This document shows, one piece after another, positions 10,904-20,654 of a stretch of 64,000 bases of DNA. Numbering within the stretch: the first letter of the stretch is position 1; every line of letters begins with the position of its first letter. Under the pieces are notes generated by a model that did not search any database, was not told the DNA's origin, and worked only from the letters and a program-made list of their open reading frames with translations. The stretch is from contig OZ255836.1 in the NCBI GenBank assembly GCA_965277715.1, positions 4,192,001 through 4,256,000 on the forward strand. Direction: 5' to 3'. A program made the translations under genes and the position numbers. The DNA comes from Gammaproteobacteria bacterium (GTDB lineage Bacteria > Pseudomonadota > Gammaproteobacteria > JBCCGL01).

Positions 10904-12073
10904 ATGTTTGAATTGATGGAAGGCGCACCGCAGAATGCAGTAATAAAACTGATCGGTGTCGGTGGCGGTGGCGGCAATGCGGTGGCGCATATGGTGCGTT
11001 CCAGCATCGATGGGGTCGAGTTTATCTGTGCCAACACCGACGCGCAGGCGCTGAAAAGCATACCGGCCAAGGTATCACTGCAAATCGGTGGCAACATCAC
11101 CAAGGGCCTGGGTGCCGGTGCCAATCCAGACGTTGGTCGGCAGGCGGCACTGGAGGATCGCGAGCGAATCCAACAGACCATCGAAGGCACCGACATGCTG
11201 TTTATTACAGCGGGCATGGGCGGGGGCACGGGGACAGGTGCTGTACCGGTGGTGGCACAGATTGCCCGCGATATGGGCATCCTGACCGTTGCCGTGGTGA
11301 CCAAACCGTTTCCGTTTGAAGGCGCCAAGCGTATGCAACTCGCCGAGGCGGGCCTGCGCGAGCTAAGCCAGCACGTCGATTCATTGATCACCATCCCCAA
11401 CGAAAAACTGCTGTCCGTACTCGGTAAAAACGTGACTCTGCTGGATGCCTTTAGCGCCGCAAATGATATTTTACGCGGTGCCGTGCAGGGGATTGCCGAG
11501 TTGATTACCTGCCCGGGTTTAATCAACGTCGACTTTGCCGACGTGCGTACCGTCATGGCTGAAATGGGCATGGCGATGATGGGCACAGGCATTGGCAGCG
11601 GTGAACAGCGTGCCACCGAGGCAGCCGAGGCGGCGGTTTCCAGCCCACTGCTGGAAAACGTCAACCTGGCGGGGGCCAAGGGTATTCTGGTTAACGTCAC
11701 CTGCGGGCTGGACATGGCCATCGGTGAGTTTGAAGACGTTGGCAATGCCATCAAAACCTTCGCCTCTGACGATGCCACGGTAGTGGTCGGCACCGTTATC
11801 GACCCCGAATTGCAGGGTGAAATGCGGGTGACCGTAGTGGCTACCGGGCTGGGACAACTGGAAAGTGCCAGCGTGCCCAAAATCCGCTCGGTCTACCCAC
11901 CGCGCAACGACGGCAAAGTCGACTACGAACGTTTGGATAAACCCACAGTGATCCGCAATAAACCCATCGCAACCGACAGAACAGACACGCTGTCCCGGGT
12001 GGCGGCTGTTGCGGGTGAAGGCGAGCTGGACTACCTGGATATTCCGGCGTTTTTAAGAAAACAGGCGGATTAG
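10904..12073 (+). CDS. ftsZ: Cell division protein FtsZ
   Basis: GVGGGGGNAV, GMGGGTGTG, NVDFAD and LDIPAFLRKQAD motifs; GGGGAG RBS. Confidence 0.99.
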   Translation: MFELMEGAPQNAVIKLIGVGGGGGNAVAHMVRSSIDGVEFICANTDAQALKSIPAKVSLQIGGNITKGLGAGANPDVGRQAALEDRERIQQTIEGTDMLFITAGMGGGTGTGAVPVVAQIARDMGILTVAVVTKPFPFEGAKRMQLAEAGLRELSQHVDSLITIPNEKLLSVLGKNVTLLDAFSAANDILRGAVQGIAELITCPGLINVDFADVRTVMAEMGMAMMGTGIGSGEQRATEAAEAAVSSPLLENVNLAGAKGILVNVTCGLDMAIGEFEDVGNAIKTFASDDATVVVGTVIDPELQGEMRVTVVATGLGQLESASVPKIRSVYPPRNDGKVDYERLDKPTVIRNKPIATDRTDTLSRVAAVAGEGELDYLDIPAFLRKQAD

Positions 12074-12233
12074 TCTATATATCCATATGATTATTATTAG
12101 GCTGCTTCCAGGATAATTACAGGTATGTCAGTTTGGCTGTTTTCGTTTATCGTCGTGATGTATTATTGCCGCCCATCTTATATGGCACATCAGTACGTTG
12201 CGCATCGACCAGATGCAAGGGCAAAAAAATAAC

Positions 12234-13148
12234 ATGATTAAGCAACGGACCCTCAAAAACACTATTCGGGCGACCGGCGTCGGCTTGCATACGGGTAAAA
12301 AAGTCTACCTGACCTTGCGCCCCGCTGATATAGACACCGGTATTGTCTTTCGTCGGGTCGACTTTGACACCCCAGTGGTTATTCCCAGCCACCCTATGAA
12401 CGTGGAAAACACCGAACTTGCCACCTCGCTGGGCAAGAATGGTGTGAGAATCTCCACCGTCGAGCACCTGATGGCTGCACTGGCGGGGCTGGGCATCGAC
12501 AACGCCTACGTCGATTTGAGCGCTGACGAAGTACCGATTATGGATGGCAGTTCCGGGCCGTTTGTGTTTCTGGTGCAGTCGGCGGGTATCGAAGAACAGA
12601 ATGCGCCGAAAAAATTCATCCGTATAAAAAAGCCCATACAGGCTGAGAGTGATGACAAATGGGTACGCTTCGATCCCTTTGATGGTTTTAAGGTGAGTTT
12701 TACCATTGAGTTTGACCACCCCATGTTCAACAACCTCAGCCAGCAGGCCGAGGTGGATTTTTCCACCACATCCTTTGTTAAAGAAATCAGCCGGGCGCGT
12801 ACCTTTGGTTTTATGCGTGATATTGAAGCCTTGCGCCGCCGTGATCTGGCGTTGGGGGGTAGTCTGGATAACGCCATTGTGGTTGATGATTACCGGGTGC
12901 TCAACGAAGACGGTTTGCGCTATGGCGATGAGTTTGTCCGGCACAAAATCCTCGATGCGATTGGCGATTTATACTTGCTGGGGCATACATTGATCGGGGC
13001 TTTTTCCGGGTATAAATCCGGGCATGCGTTGAATAATCAATTACTGCGGGCGTTGCTTGAGGATGAGACTGCCTGGGAGCAGGTGACGTTTGACGATGCC
13101 AGGGATGCGCCTATTTCTTATGTTCAGCCTATTGAGTCGATTGCTTAG
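12234..13148 (+). CDS. lpxC: UDP-3-O-acyl-GlcNAc deacetylase
   Basis: [19 protein letters not shown] and [10 protein letters not shown] motifs. Confidence 0.98.
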   Translation: MIKQRTLKNTIRATGVGLHTGKKVYLTLRPADIDTGIVFRRVDFDTPVVIPSHPMNVENTELATSLGKNGVRISTVEHLMAALAGLGIDNAYVDLSADEVPIMDGSSGPFVFLVQSAGIEEQNAPKKFIRIKKPIQAESDDKWVRFDPFDGFKVSFTIEFDHPMFNNLSQQAEVDFSTTSFVKEISRARTFGFMRDIEALRRRDLALGGSLDNAIVVDDYRVLNEDGLRYGDEFVRHKILDAIGDLYLLGHTLIGAFSGYKSGHALNNQLLRALLEDETAWEQVTFDDARDAPISYVQPIESIA

Positions 13149-13173
13149 CGCCGGGTGCCCCAATTGGCGCTAA
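13145..13173. terminator. Hairpin after lpxC (possible terminator)
   Basis: TTAGCGCC...GGCGCTAA inverted repeat at the lpxC stop. Confidence 0.45.
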
Positions 13174-13277
13174 ATTCTGCAAGGGGCTTTACGTGTTTGT
13201 GTTTGCCCCAGGGCGCGGGGTTATCGTTGCAGGGGAGGTAAGCTGATCAAGATGGTGGTAATACAGGGTTGATTGTT

Positions 13278-13367
13278 CTATTCGCTGCGCTGCTTGTTTT
13301 CCATGAATTTTCTTACATCACCATTATCAACAAGGTAATAGACCTCTTCCACCGGCAGCGTTACATC
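13278..13367 (-). pseudogene. C-terminal remnant resembling a Uma2-family endonuclease
   Basis: Minus strand reads DVTLPVEEVYYLVDNGDVRKFMENKQRSE*, like the Uma2 'LTLSVEEIY..V.N.D' tail; cut off exactly at a MITE end. Confidence 0.45.
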
Positions 13368-13368
13368 A

Positions 13369-13468
13369 TCCTAAATTCCTCAGTTGAACCTACTGCGACC
13401 ACCTAATGCACTGAATCTAATTCAGCACCTTAGACGCCCTCGCTACGATTCAACTGCGGAATTTAGGT
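13369..13468. mobile_element. MITE family A, 100-bp internally deleted copy
   Basis: TIRs TCCTAAATTCCTCAGTTGAA / TTCAACTGCGGAATTTAGGT; near-identical to 44046-44222 minus 77 bp; flanks TCA/TAA. Confidence 0.85.
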
Positions 13469-13795
13469 TAAAGCGTTTTGTGCAAGGGCTTGAGAAGGGG
13501 AGTGGTTTGGCGGGCAGCCTGCTTAAACAAGTGGATCAAGGGCGGCGGATTGCCACAGAGTTAAGCGGGTATTTTGAGCCGGTTGCCCGGTGGTTTGGGG
13601 TCGCAGATGAGTGCGGTACAGGCCGTGAGAATATCCTGCTAATCAAGATAGACGCACGCCAACTGTTTTTGTGGAAAACAGGCTGACGCCGATTGCTGGT
13701 AGCATGGGCGTGTGTTTTGAGTTCACATAATCGGATGGCCGAGGAATGCGTTATACACAGTGTGTTTGCCATACTGTTTCTGATAACCGTGCAGC

Positions 13796-14761
13796 CTATC
13801 CGCTTTGGCTGAACTGCCGGTTAAATTTCTCGATAAAATGCTCTATATCCTGTGTTGGCAGGTGGTTAATGCCCGCTGCCGCTTTACGGCCCCCGCCTGT
13901 TTCAAATTGCATACACAAAGTATCCGCGCCGTGCTTACGGTTGAGCGGGGCGCGTACACTCACCAGATAACCACCCGCTGGCAGTATATTTAATAATGCG
14001 TGCGCCCGGTCGGGGTGTGCACGTGCCAATTCGTTGGCGTATACGCCACTGATTCGGCGGGACCATTTTTCCTCTGGCAGTACCAGTATCAACCCGCAAT
14101 CGTTCGCCTGTACAGGTGCCAGTTGTCTGGCGTTGTCAATATCACCCGCATAACCGTCACGCAGGGTAATAAAGGCGGTATCACTGCTGATAAAGTCAAA
14201 GGGGTTGGGGTAATGGTGTATTGTCTTGTACAGCGTTTCAGGGTCAAAAAACAGGTCGTCGATATGTGCGCCGTAACCGTTGTAATTGATTAATGTGCCT
14301 AGTTGTTCGAGTGCATCGATCTGGGGTTTGGATAAACCGAGTGGCTTTGCGGCGGCCTGTGCACTGGCGTGTAAATTGTCGCCAAATGCCGCGACGACAG
14401 CCCAGGGTAGGTGAGCGCCGTTTAGGTAGGCGTTGACCAGCAGGCTGGTGCAGGTGTTGGCTGCGGTGTCAATATGTGCGTCAAGTTGCCTGTGGCTGGG
14501 CACTTCCCCAGCAAAGTGATGATCGAAATATTGCACAGGCACGTTTGCATCGAGCAATGCCTGTACGCCTGCGCGGTTTTTGTCGAAAGAAATATCCAGC
14601 ACGGTGGCTGAGCTGACCTGTTGTGGATCGACTTTTTTCAGCAGCCCAATGTCGCGTTTGACGCCGCTTACCAATGTGCTGTCGATAGGGTGGTTCAGGC
14701 GCAACTGCTGCAGTGCGCAAATACCATCGGCGTCGCCATTAAAAAAATCGTAGTGAGGCAT
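13796..14761 (-). CDS. DHH-family phosphoesterase-like protein
   Basis: N-terminal NGDADG, FDHH motif, C-terminal GGGRKAAAGI (DHHA1-like). Confidence 0.8.
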   Translation of the reverse strand: MPHYDFFNGDADGICALQQLRLNHPIDSTLVSGVKRDIGLLKKVDPQQVSSATVLDISFDKNRAGVQALLDANVPVQYFDHHFAGEVPSHRQLDAHIDTAANTCTSLLVNAYLNGAHLPWAVVAAFGDNLHASAQAAAKPLGLSKPQIDALEQLGTLINYNGYGAHIDDLFFDPETLYKTIHHYPNPFDFISSDTAFITLRDGYAGDIDNARQLAPVQANDCGLILVLPEEKWSRRISGVYANELARAHPDRAHALLNILPAGGYLVSVRAPLNRKHGADTLCMQFETGGGRKAAAGINHLPTQDIEHFIEKFNRQFSQSG

Positions 14762-14764
14762 GGT

Positions 14765-15799
14765 TTAGGTCTTTTTTATATTGGTTTTGTTTAATGCGTT
14801 AACACAATCGCCAATCAGACTGGGGCCGTTATAGATTAAGCCAGAGTAGATTTGTACCAATTGGGCGCCCGCGTTAATTTTCTCCCGTGCATCGTCACCA
14901 CACATAATGCCCCCTGCGGCAATAATAGGAATGTCGCTCTGCAAGCGATTGGCGAGTTGGCGCATAATCGCGGTCGATTGGGTGGTTAAGGGCGCGCCGC
15001 TAAGCCCGCCGGTTTCACTGGCATGGCGCGAGGCGGCAATGCCATCGCGGGCGTTAGTGGTATTGGTGGCAATAACAGCATCGATGCAGTGATGGCGAAG
15101 GGCATCGGCAAGGGTGTCGACTTCCTGTGGCTGTAAATCAGGGGCTATTTTGATTGCCAGTGGCACGTATTTCTGGTGTTTGTCGGCCAGTGATTGTTGC
15201 GCTGATTTTAGTGTACTAAATAACGATTCCAGTGCCTCACCATGCTGCAGTGCCCGTAGCCCTGGCGTGTTTGGCGAGGAGATGTTGACGGTGATGTAGC
15301 TGGCGTAAGGGTAAACGGCGCGCAGGCAGATCAGGTAATCGTCGCTGGCATTTTCGATGGGGGTATCGCGGTTTTTACCGATATTGATGCCCAATACACC
15401 CTTAAATTCTGCCGCCTGAACCCGCTTTACCAGGTGGTCTACTCCGGCGTTGTTGAACCCCATGCGGTTGATAATGGCGTGTTGCTCGGGGAGACGGAAA
15501 ATACGCGGTTTTGGGTTACCGGGTTGGGCGCGTGGGGTCACTGTGCCTATTTCGATAAAACCAAAGCCCAGATTGGCCAGGCCGTGGATGCATTCGCCAT
15601 TTTTATCCAGCCCGGCGCATAATCCTACCGGGTTGGGAAACGGGATGCCCATTACCTCGATGGGGTGTGGGGGTACCCGGCTTTTCAGGCAGTGCGCCAG
15701 TGGGCCGCGATTGAGCTGCTTTAGCGCGGTTAAGGTGAGGTCGTGTGCCGTTTCCGCATCGAGGGAAAACAGCGCTTTGCGCAATAGCGAATACAACAT
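14765..15799 (-). CDS. pyrD: Quinone-dependent dihydroorotate dehydrogenase
   Basis: [31 protein letters not shown] and GGLSG motifs. Confidence 0.97.
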   Translation of the reverse strand: MLYSLLRKALFSLDAETAHDLTLTALKQLNRGPLAHCLKSRVPPHPIEVMGIPFPNPVGLCAGLDKNGECIHGLANLGFGFIEIGTVTPRAQPGNPKPRIFRLPEQHAIINRMGFNNAGVDHLVKRVQAAEFKGVLGINIGKNRDTPIENASDDYLICLRAVYPYASYITVNISSPNTPGLRALQHGEALESLFSTLKSAQQSLADKHQKYVPLAIKIAPDLQPQEVDTLADALRHHCIDAVIATNTTNARDGIAASRHASETGGLSGAPLTTQSTAIMRQLANRLQSDIPIIAAGGIMCGDDAREKINAGAQLVQIYSGLIYNGPSLIGDCVNALNKTNIKKT

Positions 15800-16359
15800 T
15801 AAAGACCTTCGCTATTGTTGTCGGTATCGTCCAGGGTATTTAGCGCATAGCGCAGGATGATGTAGTCGCGGTGATCCCAGATAAGGGCGACCGACCACTC
15901 ACCGCGCTGCCAGCGGATATGCGCAAACCCTTTGCCGGCGTTGATCGCGTTTAACCGCGAGCTGCGCGATGTGGCGTAGTCGGGAAACTGCCCCAATGTC
16001 TCGCCCTGCCCATAGAGGCGGATCAGCTTGGCTTTCCAGTGGGTGAAATTGAGCCAGCTCCCCGGCGCTTCCCGCCGTGCTACTGCGCTGATTTGGTTAT
16101 TGTGTGTACTCAGCTCCAGGTGTTTTTTTTCATCGCGCACCCGGTAGACCACGGTGCCGTTTTGCGCGCTGATCTGTTCGGCGCTAATGGACAGTGAACC
16201 GGGTGTCGCGCCGAGGCAGTAACGGTTAAATACCTGTTTTACACACGCTTGAGCGAGTGTGCTCGGGCTTAAAAATACTGTCGGCAACGTTAACACCAGC
16301 AAAACGGAAAAGCGTACAATTCGCGTTTTTAATGGTGTGATCTTGGTGGGTGAAGTCAT
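15799..16359 (-). CDS. Exported hypothetical protein
   Basis: Signal-peptide-like N-terminus from MTSPTK, a Cys pair in the mature part, stop overlapping the pyrD start. Confidence 0.7.
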   Translation of the reverse strand: MTSPTKITPLKTRIVRFSVLLVLTLPTVFLSPSTLAQACVKQVFNRYCLGATPGSLSISAEQISAQNGTVVYRVRDEKKHLELSTHNNQISAVARREAPGSWLNFTHWKAKLIRLYGQGETLGQFPDYATSRSSRLNAINAGKGFAHIRWQRGEWSVALIWDHRDYIILRYALNTLDDTDNNSEGL

Positions 16360-16444
16360 AAGGGGAATTCTCCAGTACACGGATAGATTGCGCAAGCCAC
16401 CTGTTGTAGATTGTTTTATTTCCACACGCTGATTAAGCATTTAT

Positions 16445-17491
16445 ATGAGATTGTACCCGGATAAGCTCGATAGCCACCTGGCCCGGCACCTACAGCCGGT
16501 TTACTTCATCAGCGGTGATGAACCGCTACAAATGGTGGAGTGTGCGGATCGTATTCGCCAGCGTGCACGCGCTTTGGGGTATGACACCCGCGAGGTATTT
16601 GTCGCCGATACCGAATTCGATTGGAATCACTTACTAACGGCTTCAAATAGCCTGTCGCTGTTCGCCGAACAGCGCATACTGGAGTTGCGTCTGGACAGTG
16701 GCAAGCCGGGGCGTGAGGGAGGGAAAGCCCTGAAGGCGTATGCCGAGCGCCCGGTAGACGATGCGATTTTGTTGGTGATGAGTGGCAAAGTTGATAAGTC
16801 CGGTCAGTCGAGTGCTTGGTATAAAGCCATCGATAAGGTGGGTATCACTCTTCAGGTGTGGCCGGTTTCGCCACAGGATCTACCGAATTGGGTTGTTCAA
16901 CGTATGCGCGCCAGGGGGTTGCGCCCTACGCGGGATGCCGCCACGTTGATCGCTGATCGCGTCGAGGGCAATATGCTGGCGGCACAGCAGGAAATCGATA
17001 AACTTGCCCTGCTGTTCGCCGACAGTGAAATTAATATCCAGGAAGTGCTGACGGTAGTGGCCGACAGCGCACGCTATCAAACCTTTGACTTAGCCGATGC
17101 CGCATTGCTCGGCAACGCTAAACGCGTGGTGGCGATTCTCGATGGTCTGCGCAGTGAGGGTATCGACCCGGTTCCGGTGTTGATTGCGTTAACCATGCAG
17201 GTGCGCAGCGCAGCGCAGATTGCCCTGGCGAAAGCACGCGGCAGTTCAACCGCTGAGGCGATGCGTGAAGCACGTATCTGGCAAAACCGGCAGGGTATTT
17301 TTCAACAGGCGCTGAATCGTCACGATGCATTGTCGTGGAATCGTATGTTGTTGCGTTGTGCGGAGCTGGAATTGGCGTGTAAAGGATTTACCCGACGAGG
17401 TAATCTATGGGATGAGTTGTTGGAGTTAGCGCTTTTTATCGCGGGAAAAATAGCGCTCCAGCGTATGGGGTTTTCGCGTAATGCGGGTTAA
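16445..17491 (+). CDS. holA: DNA polymerase III delta subunit
   Basis: YFISGDEPL, SLSLFAEQR and EGNMLAAQQEIDKL motifs. Confidence 0.94.
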   Translation: MRLYPDKLDSHLARHLQPVYFISGDEPLQMVECADRIRQRARALGYDTREVFVADTEFDWNHLLTASNSLSLFAEQRILELRLDSGKPGREGGKALKAYAERPVDDAILLVMSGKVDKSGQSSAWYKAIDKVGITLQVWPVSPQDLPNWVVQRMRARGLRPTRDAATLIADRVEGNMLAAQQEIDKLALLFADSEINIQEVLTVVADSARYQTFDLADAALLGNAKRVVAILDGLRSEGIDPVPVLIALTMQVRSAAQIALAKARGSSTAEAMREARIWQNRQGIFQQALNRHDALSWNRMLLRCAELELACKGFTRRGNLWDELLELALFIAGKIALQRMGFSRNAG

Positions 17492-17630
17492 AGTCGGCGC
17501 TATTTTTTAATCGCTTCTTATGTAGTGGATCTGGATATACTACGACACTGGATTTTTAGGATAAAAAAATATACTTTATAAATTCAAAAAGATACTTACA
17601 CATTCAATTAGGAACAATCGGAGCAATACA

Positions 17631-18656
17631 ATGAAAAAAGCTTATATACCCCTTCTTCTGGCATCCAGTTTTGGTTTTCTCTCATCTTGTGGCGGTGGTG
17701 GCGGCGGCGGAAGTGGTGCTGGTGGTGTTCCACTTCCAGTTATACCCAACACACAAGTCACCATTGCCAATAGTAATGCTGATGTCACCACAGCGACCAG
17801 TTATGATGCCAGTACTGGATTAAATTCACCTTCACAAAGTGCTACTAATACTCTGGTTGGGGCAGTAACAACGACCCCTGACGTTGACTTATCACCGATT
17901 ATGCTCACCCGTGACCAGCTTTTGCTTGCACGCAGTTTGTTTACGTCTAACTCAGGGTCTGGTGTTGTAGGGATTGTTACCAGCAATGCGATGAGTTGTG
18001 GCGGTGGTGGCTCTTTTGTCTTTACTTTGAATGATGCAGACAGTAATGGGCAATTGGGCACTGGTGATACAGTAAGCATTACGTATTTTAATTGTGTTGA
18101 ACCTGGTATTGCGTTGAATGGCGGTATAAGTCTTACCAATATAGCTACCACAGGTACCCCAACTATGGTTCCTTATTCAATTAGTGTTTCTGCGGTATAT
18201 AGTAATTTTCAAGCAGCTGCAGGTAATATTATTACCATACTGGATGGTGATATTACGGCTTCGGTAGCAAATACTGATGGTGTCAATTTGAATACGCAAG
18301 CTTCGGGTAACAGCTTATTAGCAGTAGGTAGTGGGCGGACTGATCGCCTGATAAATTTTGCTTTTTCATCTACCCAGACTGTTGCTACAGGTGCTTACAC
18401 AACGACTGTCAACGCAACGGTTGACAACAATACTCAGGGAGGGCGTACAGTTTTTACTACAGTGACTGCTTTTCAAGGAACCAGCGCCAGTGCCGATCCA
18501 TTTGTTGGTGAAGCACTGATTACCGGAGCGGGTGGCAGCAGTATTCGCATGATTATGCTAGATGCCAGAACTGTGCGTTTGCAAATTGATGAGAATGGGG
18601 ATAGTGCGGTAGATATAACCCGCGATACTACCTGGTCTGCATTGAACTTACTGTGA
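17631..18656 (+). CDS. Ser/Thr/Gly-rich lipoprotein with Ca-binding-like DxxxNG / DxNGD loops
   Basis: Lipobox FLSS-C followed by a poly-Gly tether; beta-rich sequence; GGAG RBS; lower GC than the dcw cluster. Confidence 0.85.
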   Translation: MKKAYIPLLLASSFGFLSSCGGGGGGGSGAGGVPLPVIPNTQVTIANSNADVTTATSYDASTGLNSPSQSATNTLVGAVTTTPDVDLSPIMLTRDQLLLARSLFTSNSGSGVVGIVTSNAMSCGGGGSFVFTLNDADSNGQLGTGDTVSITYFNCVEPGIALNGGISLTNIATTGTPTMVPYSISVSAVYSNFQAAAGNIITILDGDITASVANTDGVNLNTQASGNSLLAVGSGRTDRLINFAFSSTQTVATGAYTTTVNATVDNNTQGGRTVFTTVTAFQGTSASADPFVGEALITGAGGSSIRMIMLDARTVRLQIDENGDSAVDITRDTTWSALNLL

Positions 18657-19549
18657 CACCGCTTCCCAGGCAGCCAGCGTGGCAGGTATTGCCGTGCTGG
18701 CTGGCTGCTTGTATAACCAACAGGTTTACCAGGCAGTTAGCTGGTTTGTGTTTTATAGGTCTTTTGTCAGGCTTGCCGCTGCCTACTTTAGCAGATAGCT
18801 GGCAAACCGCATTAGGTGTAACTGCCATGCGTTTTACATTTGATGAGACCGACATGAACGGTAATCGATTAGTCAGAGAGCGTGGGACAGTTCCTGGTCT
18901 CACAATTTCCAGTCACTATCAGACAGGCGACTGGGGGCTTTTACTAGATGCCAGTGTCTATTCTGGTGAGGTAGGCTACGATGGACAAACACAGGCGGGG
19001 CAAGCATTTTTGTCCGAGACAGATGAGGTGCTTTACACGCTGAGATTCGCTGCTCTGTATCACTTACACCGTTACCAATCGCTGCCATTATCTATCTATT
19101 CCCGCTTTGCTGTGGGCGCCCACTGGTGGGAAAGAACTATTCAGGGGCGAGGTAGTGTGACAGGGCTTGATGAGGTGTATCAATGGCAGACTGTGTACGC
19201 TGGTATAGTGTTAGATTACGCTTTTGCTGACCAAAGTCTCCTTACTGTAAATACAGGTGTTACACGAAGCATTAACCCGAAGGTAAAGGTTGATTTCGGC
19301 GGTCAGTTTGATCGCATTACCCTCGATTTAGAGCCCGATTATGGGCTGCGTATGGAAATATCGTGGGTGAAGCCGGTTGCTGAAAATTTGGCTATTAATG
19401 TGGGTGCTTTTTTCGAGGCGTGGGATTTTGGTGCAAGCGATAGGGAGGTGCTCAGAGTGAATGGTTCGCCTGCCGGTTTTGTATTTCAGCCAGCGTCTGA
19501 GGCACAGCAGGTAGGGGCTTTCTTCTCTGTTGGGCACCTTTGGCAGTAA
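18653..19549 (+). CDS. Outer-membrane beta-barrel protein
   Basis: Signal-like segment ending PTLA-DS; alternating aromatic/hydrophobic strands; C-terminal aromatic strand; GTGA overlap with the upstream lipoprotein. The exact start is uncertain. Confidence 0.75.
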   Translation: MTPLPRQPAWQVLPCWLAACITNRFTRQLAGLCFIGLLSGLPLPTLADSWQTALGVTAMRFTFDETDMNGNRLVRERGTVPGLTISSHYQTGDWGLLLDASVYSGEVGYDGQTQAGQAFLSETDEVLYTLRFAALYHLHRYQSLPLSIYSRFAVGAHWWERTIQGRGSVTGLDEVYQWQTVYAGIVLDYAFADQSLLTVNTGVTRSINPKVKVDFGGQFDRITLDLEPDYGLRMEISWVKPVAENLAINVGAFFEAWDFGASDREVLRVNGSPAGFVFQPASEAQQVGAFFSVGHLWQ

Positions 19550-19737
19550 CTTATCGTAGATGTAGGCAAAGTGATATAGGGTGAATCTAAATGGGCTTGT
19601 ATAGAATCTAAAGAGTCCTCTTCGTATTAAAGGTAGATATTTGTAGTAAACGTTTTTATGCTTGCCGACGCCCGGTAACATGGCGTATTACCCCATGCCC
19701 GCTACCAAACAAACGTAAAAAATAGAGACAATGAAAC

Positions 19738-20556
19738 GTGGCCTCTGCAGTAAACAACCTGAGCATCGAAGAAAATTACATCGAAGACGAACCGTATTAC
19801 GCCGCCAATGGTGATGAGGTCACAGTATTCGAGGCCGCTTATAACAATCACTTGCCGGTTTTGTTAAAAGGCCCGACCGGTTGTGGTAAAACGCGCTTTA
19901 TGGAGTATATGGCCTGGCGCCTTAAACGGCCATTGATCACTGTCTCCTGTCACGATGATTTAACCGCCTCCGATTTGGTGGGGCGTTATCTGATTAAAGG
20001 CGGGGAGACAGTCTGGATCGATGGGCCGCTGACACACGCCGTGCGGGCGGGCGGTATTTGCTACCTTGATGAAGTGGTCGAGGCGCGCAAAGATACGATG
20101 GTGGTTATCCATCCGCTCGGCGATGACCGCCGCGTATTACCAGTGGAAAAACGGGGTATTCTACTGCCCGCACCGCCTGAGTTTTGCCTGGCTATCTCCT
20201 ACAACCCCGGTTATCAAAGTGTATTGAAAGATCTGAAACAAAGCACGCGGCAACGCTTTGTCGCCCTGGCGTTTGACTACCCGGATGCCGCCCTGGAGTC
20301 ACGCATTGTCTGCAAAGAGTCGGGGGTCGATGAAAATACCGCCGGGCGTTTAGTGCAGTTTGCCGGGATGACGCGCAACCTTAAGGGCAGTGGCCTGGAT
20401 GAGGGGGCCAGTACGCGCCTGCTGGTGCACGCGGCTAAGCTTATTGCCAGCGGCGTCCCGCCGGTAGTCGCCTGCCAGGGTGCGATCACTCAGGCCCTGA
20501 GTGACGATGGCGAGATGATTGCAGCGGTCAACGAGCTGTCGTCATCGCTATTCTAG
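19738..20556 (+). CDS. CbbQ/NirQ/NorQ/GpvN-family MoxR AAA+ ATPase
   Basis: [38 protein letters not shown] and STRLL motifs. Confidence 0.93.
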   Translation: MASAVNNLSIEENYIEDEPYYAANGDEVTVFEAAYNNHLPVLLKGPTGCGKTRFMEYMAWRLKRPLITVSCHDDLTASDLVGRYLIKGGETVWIDGPLTHAVRAGGICYLDEVVEARKDTMVVIHPLGDDRRVLPVEKRGILLPAPPEFCLAISYNPGYQSVLKDLKQSTRQRFVALAFDYPDAALESRIVCKESGVDENTAGRLVQFAGMTRNLKGSGLDEGASTRLLVHAAKLIASGVPPVVACQGAITQALSDDGEMIAAVNELSSSLF

Positions 20557-20654
20557 ACCGCGCATCGCTGGCGGCAGGCGATATTGAGGCGCGCCTGGAC
20601 GCCTGCCTGGACGTTGAGTTTTCATTTTGCAACACCGCCATTCCCGCCATAGAG

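Noticed and set aside
10888-11880. 330-aa antisense ORF over ftsZ (also 53396-54280 over degQ and 12147-12944 over lpxC)
   Set aside because: Shadow frames expected from codon bias in conserved GC-rich genes.
13384-13772. ORFs 13384-13686 (+) and 13536-13772 (-) as genes
   Set aside because: The first starts inside a MITE; neither has recognisable motifs or an RBS; not DciA-like.
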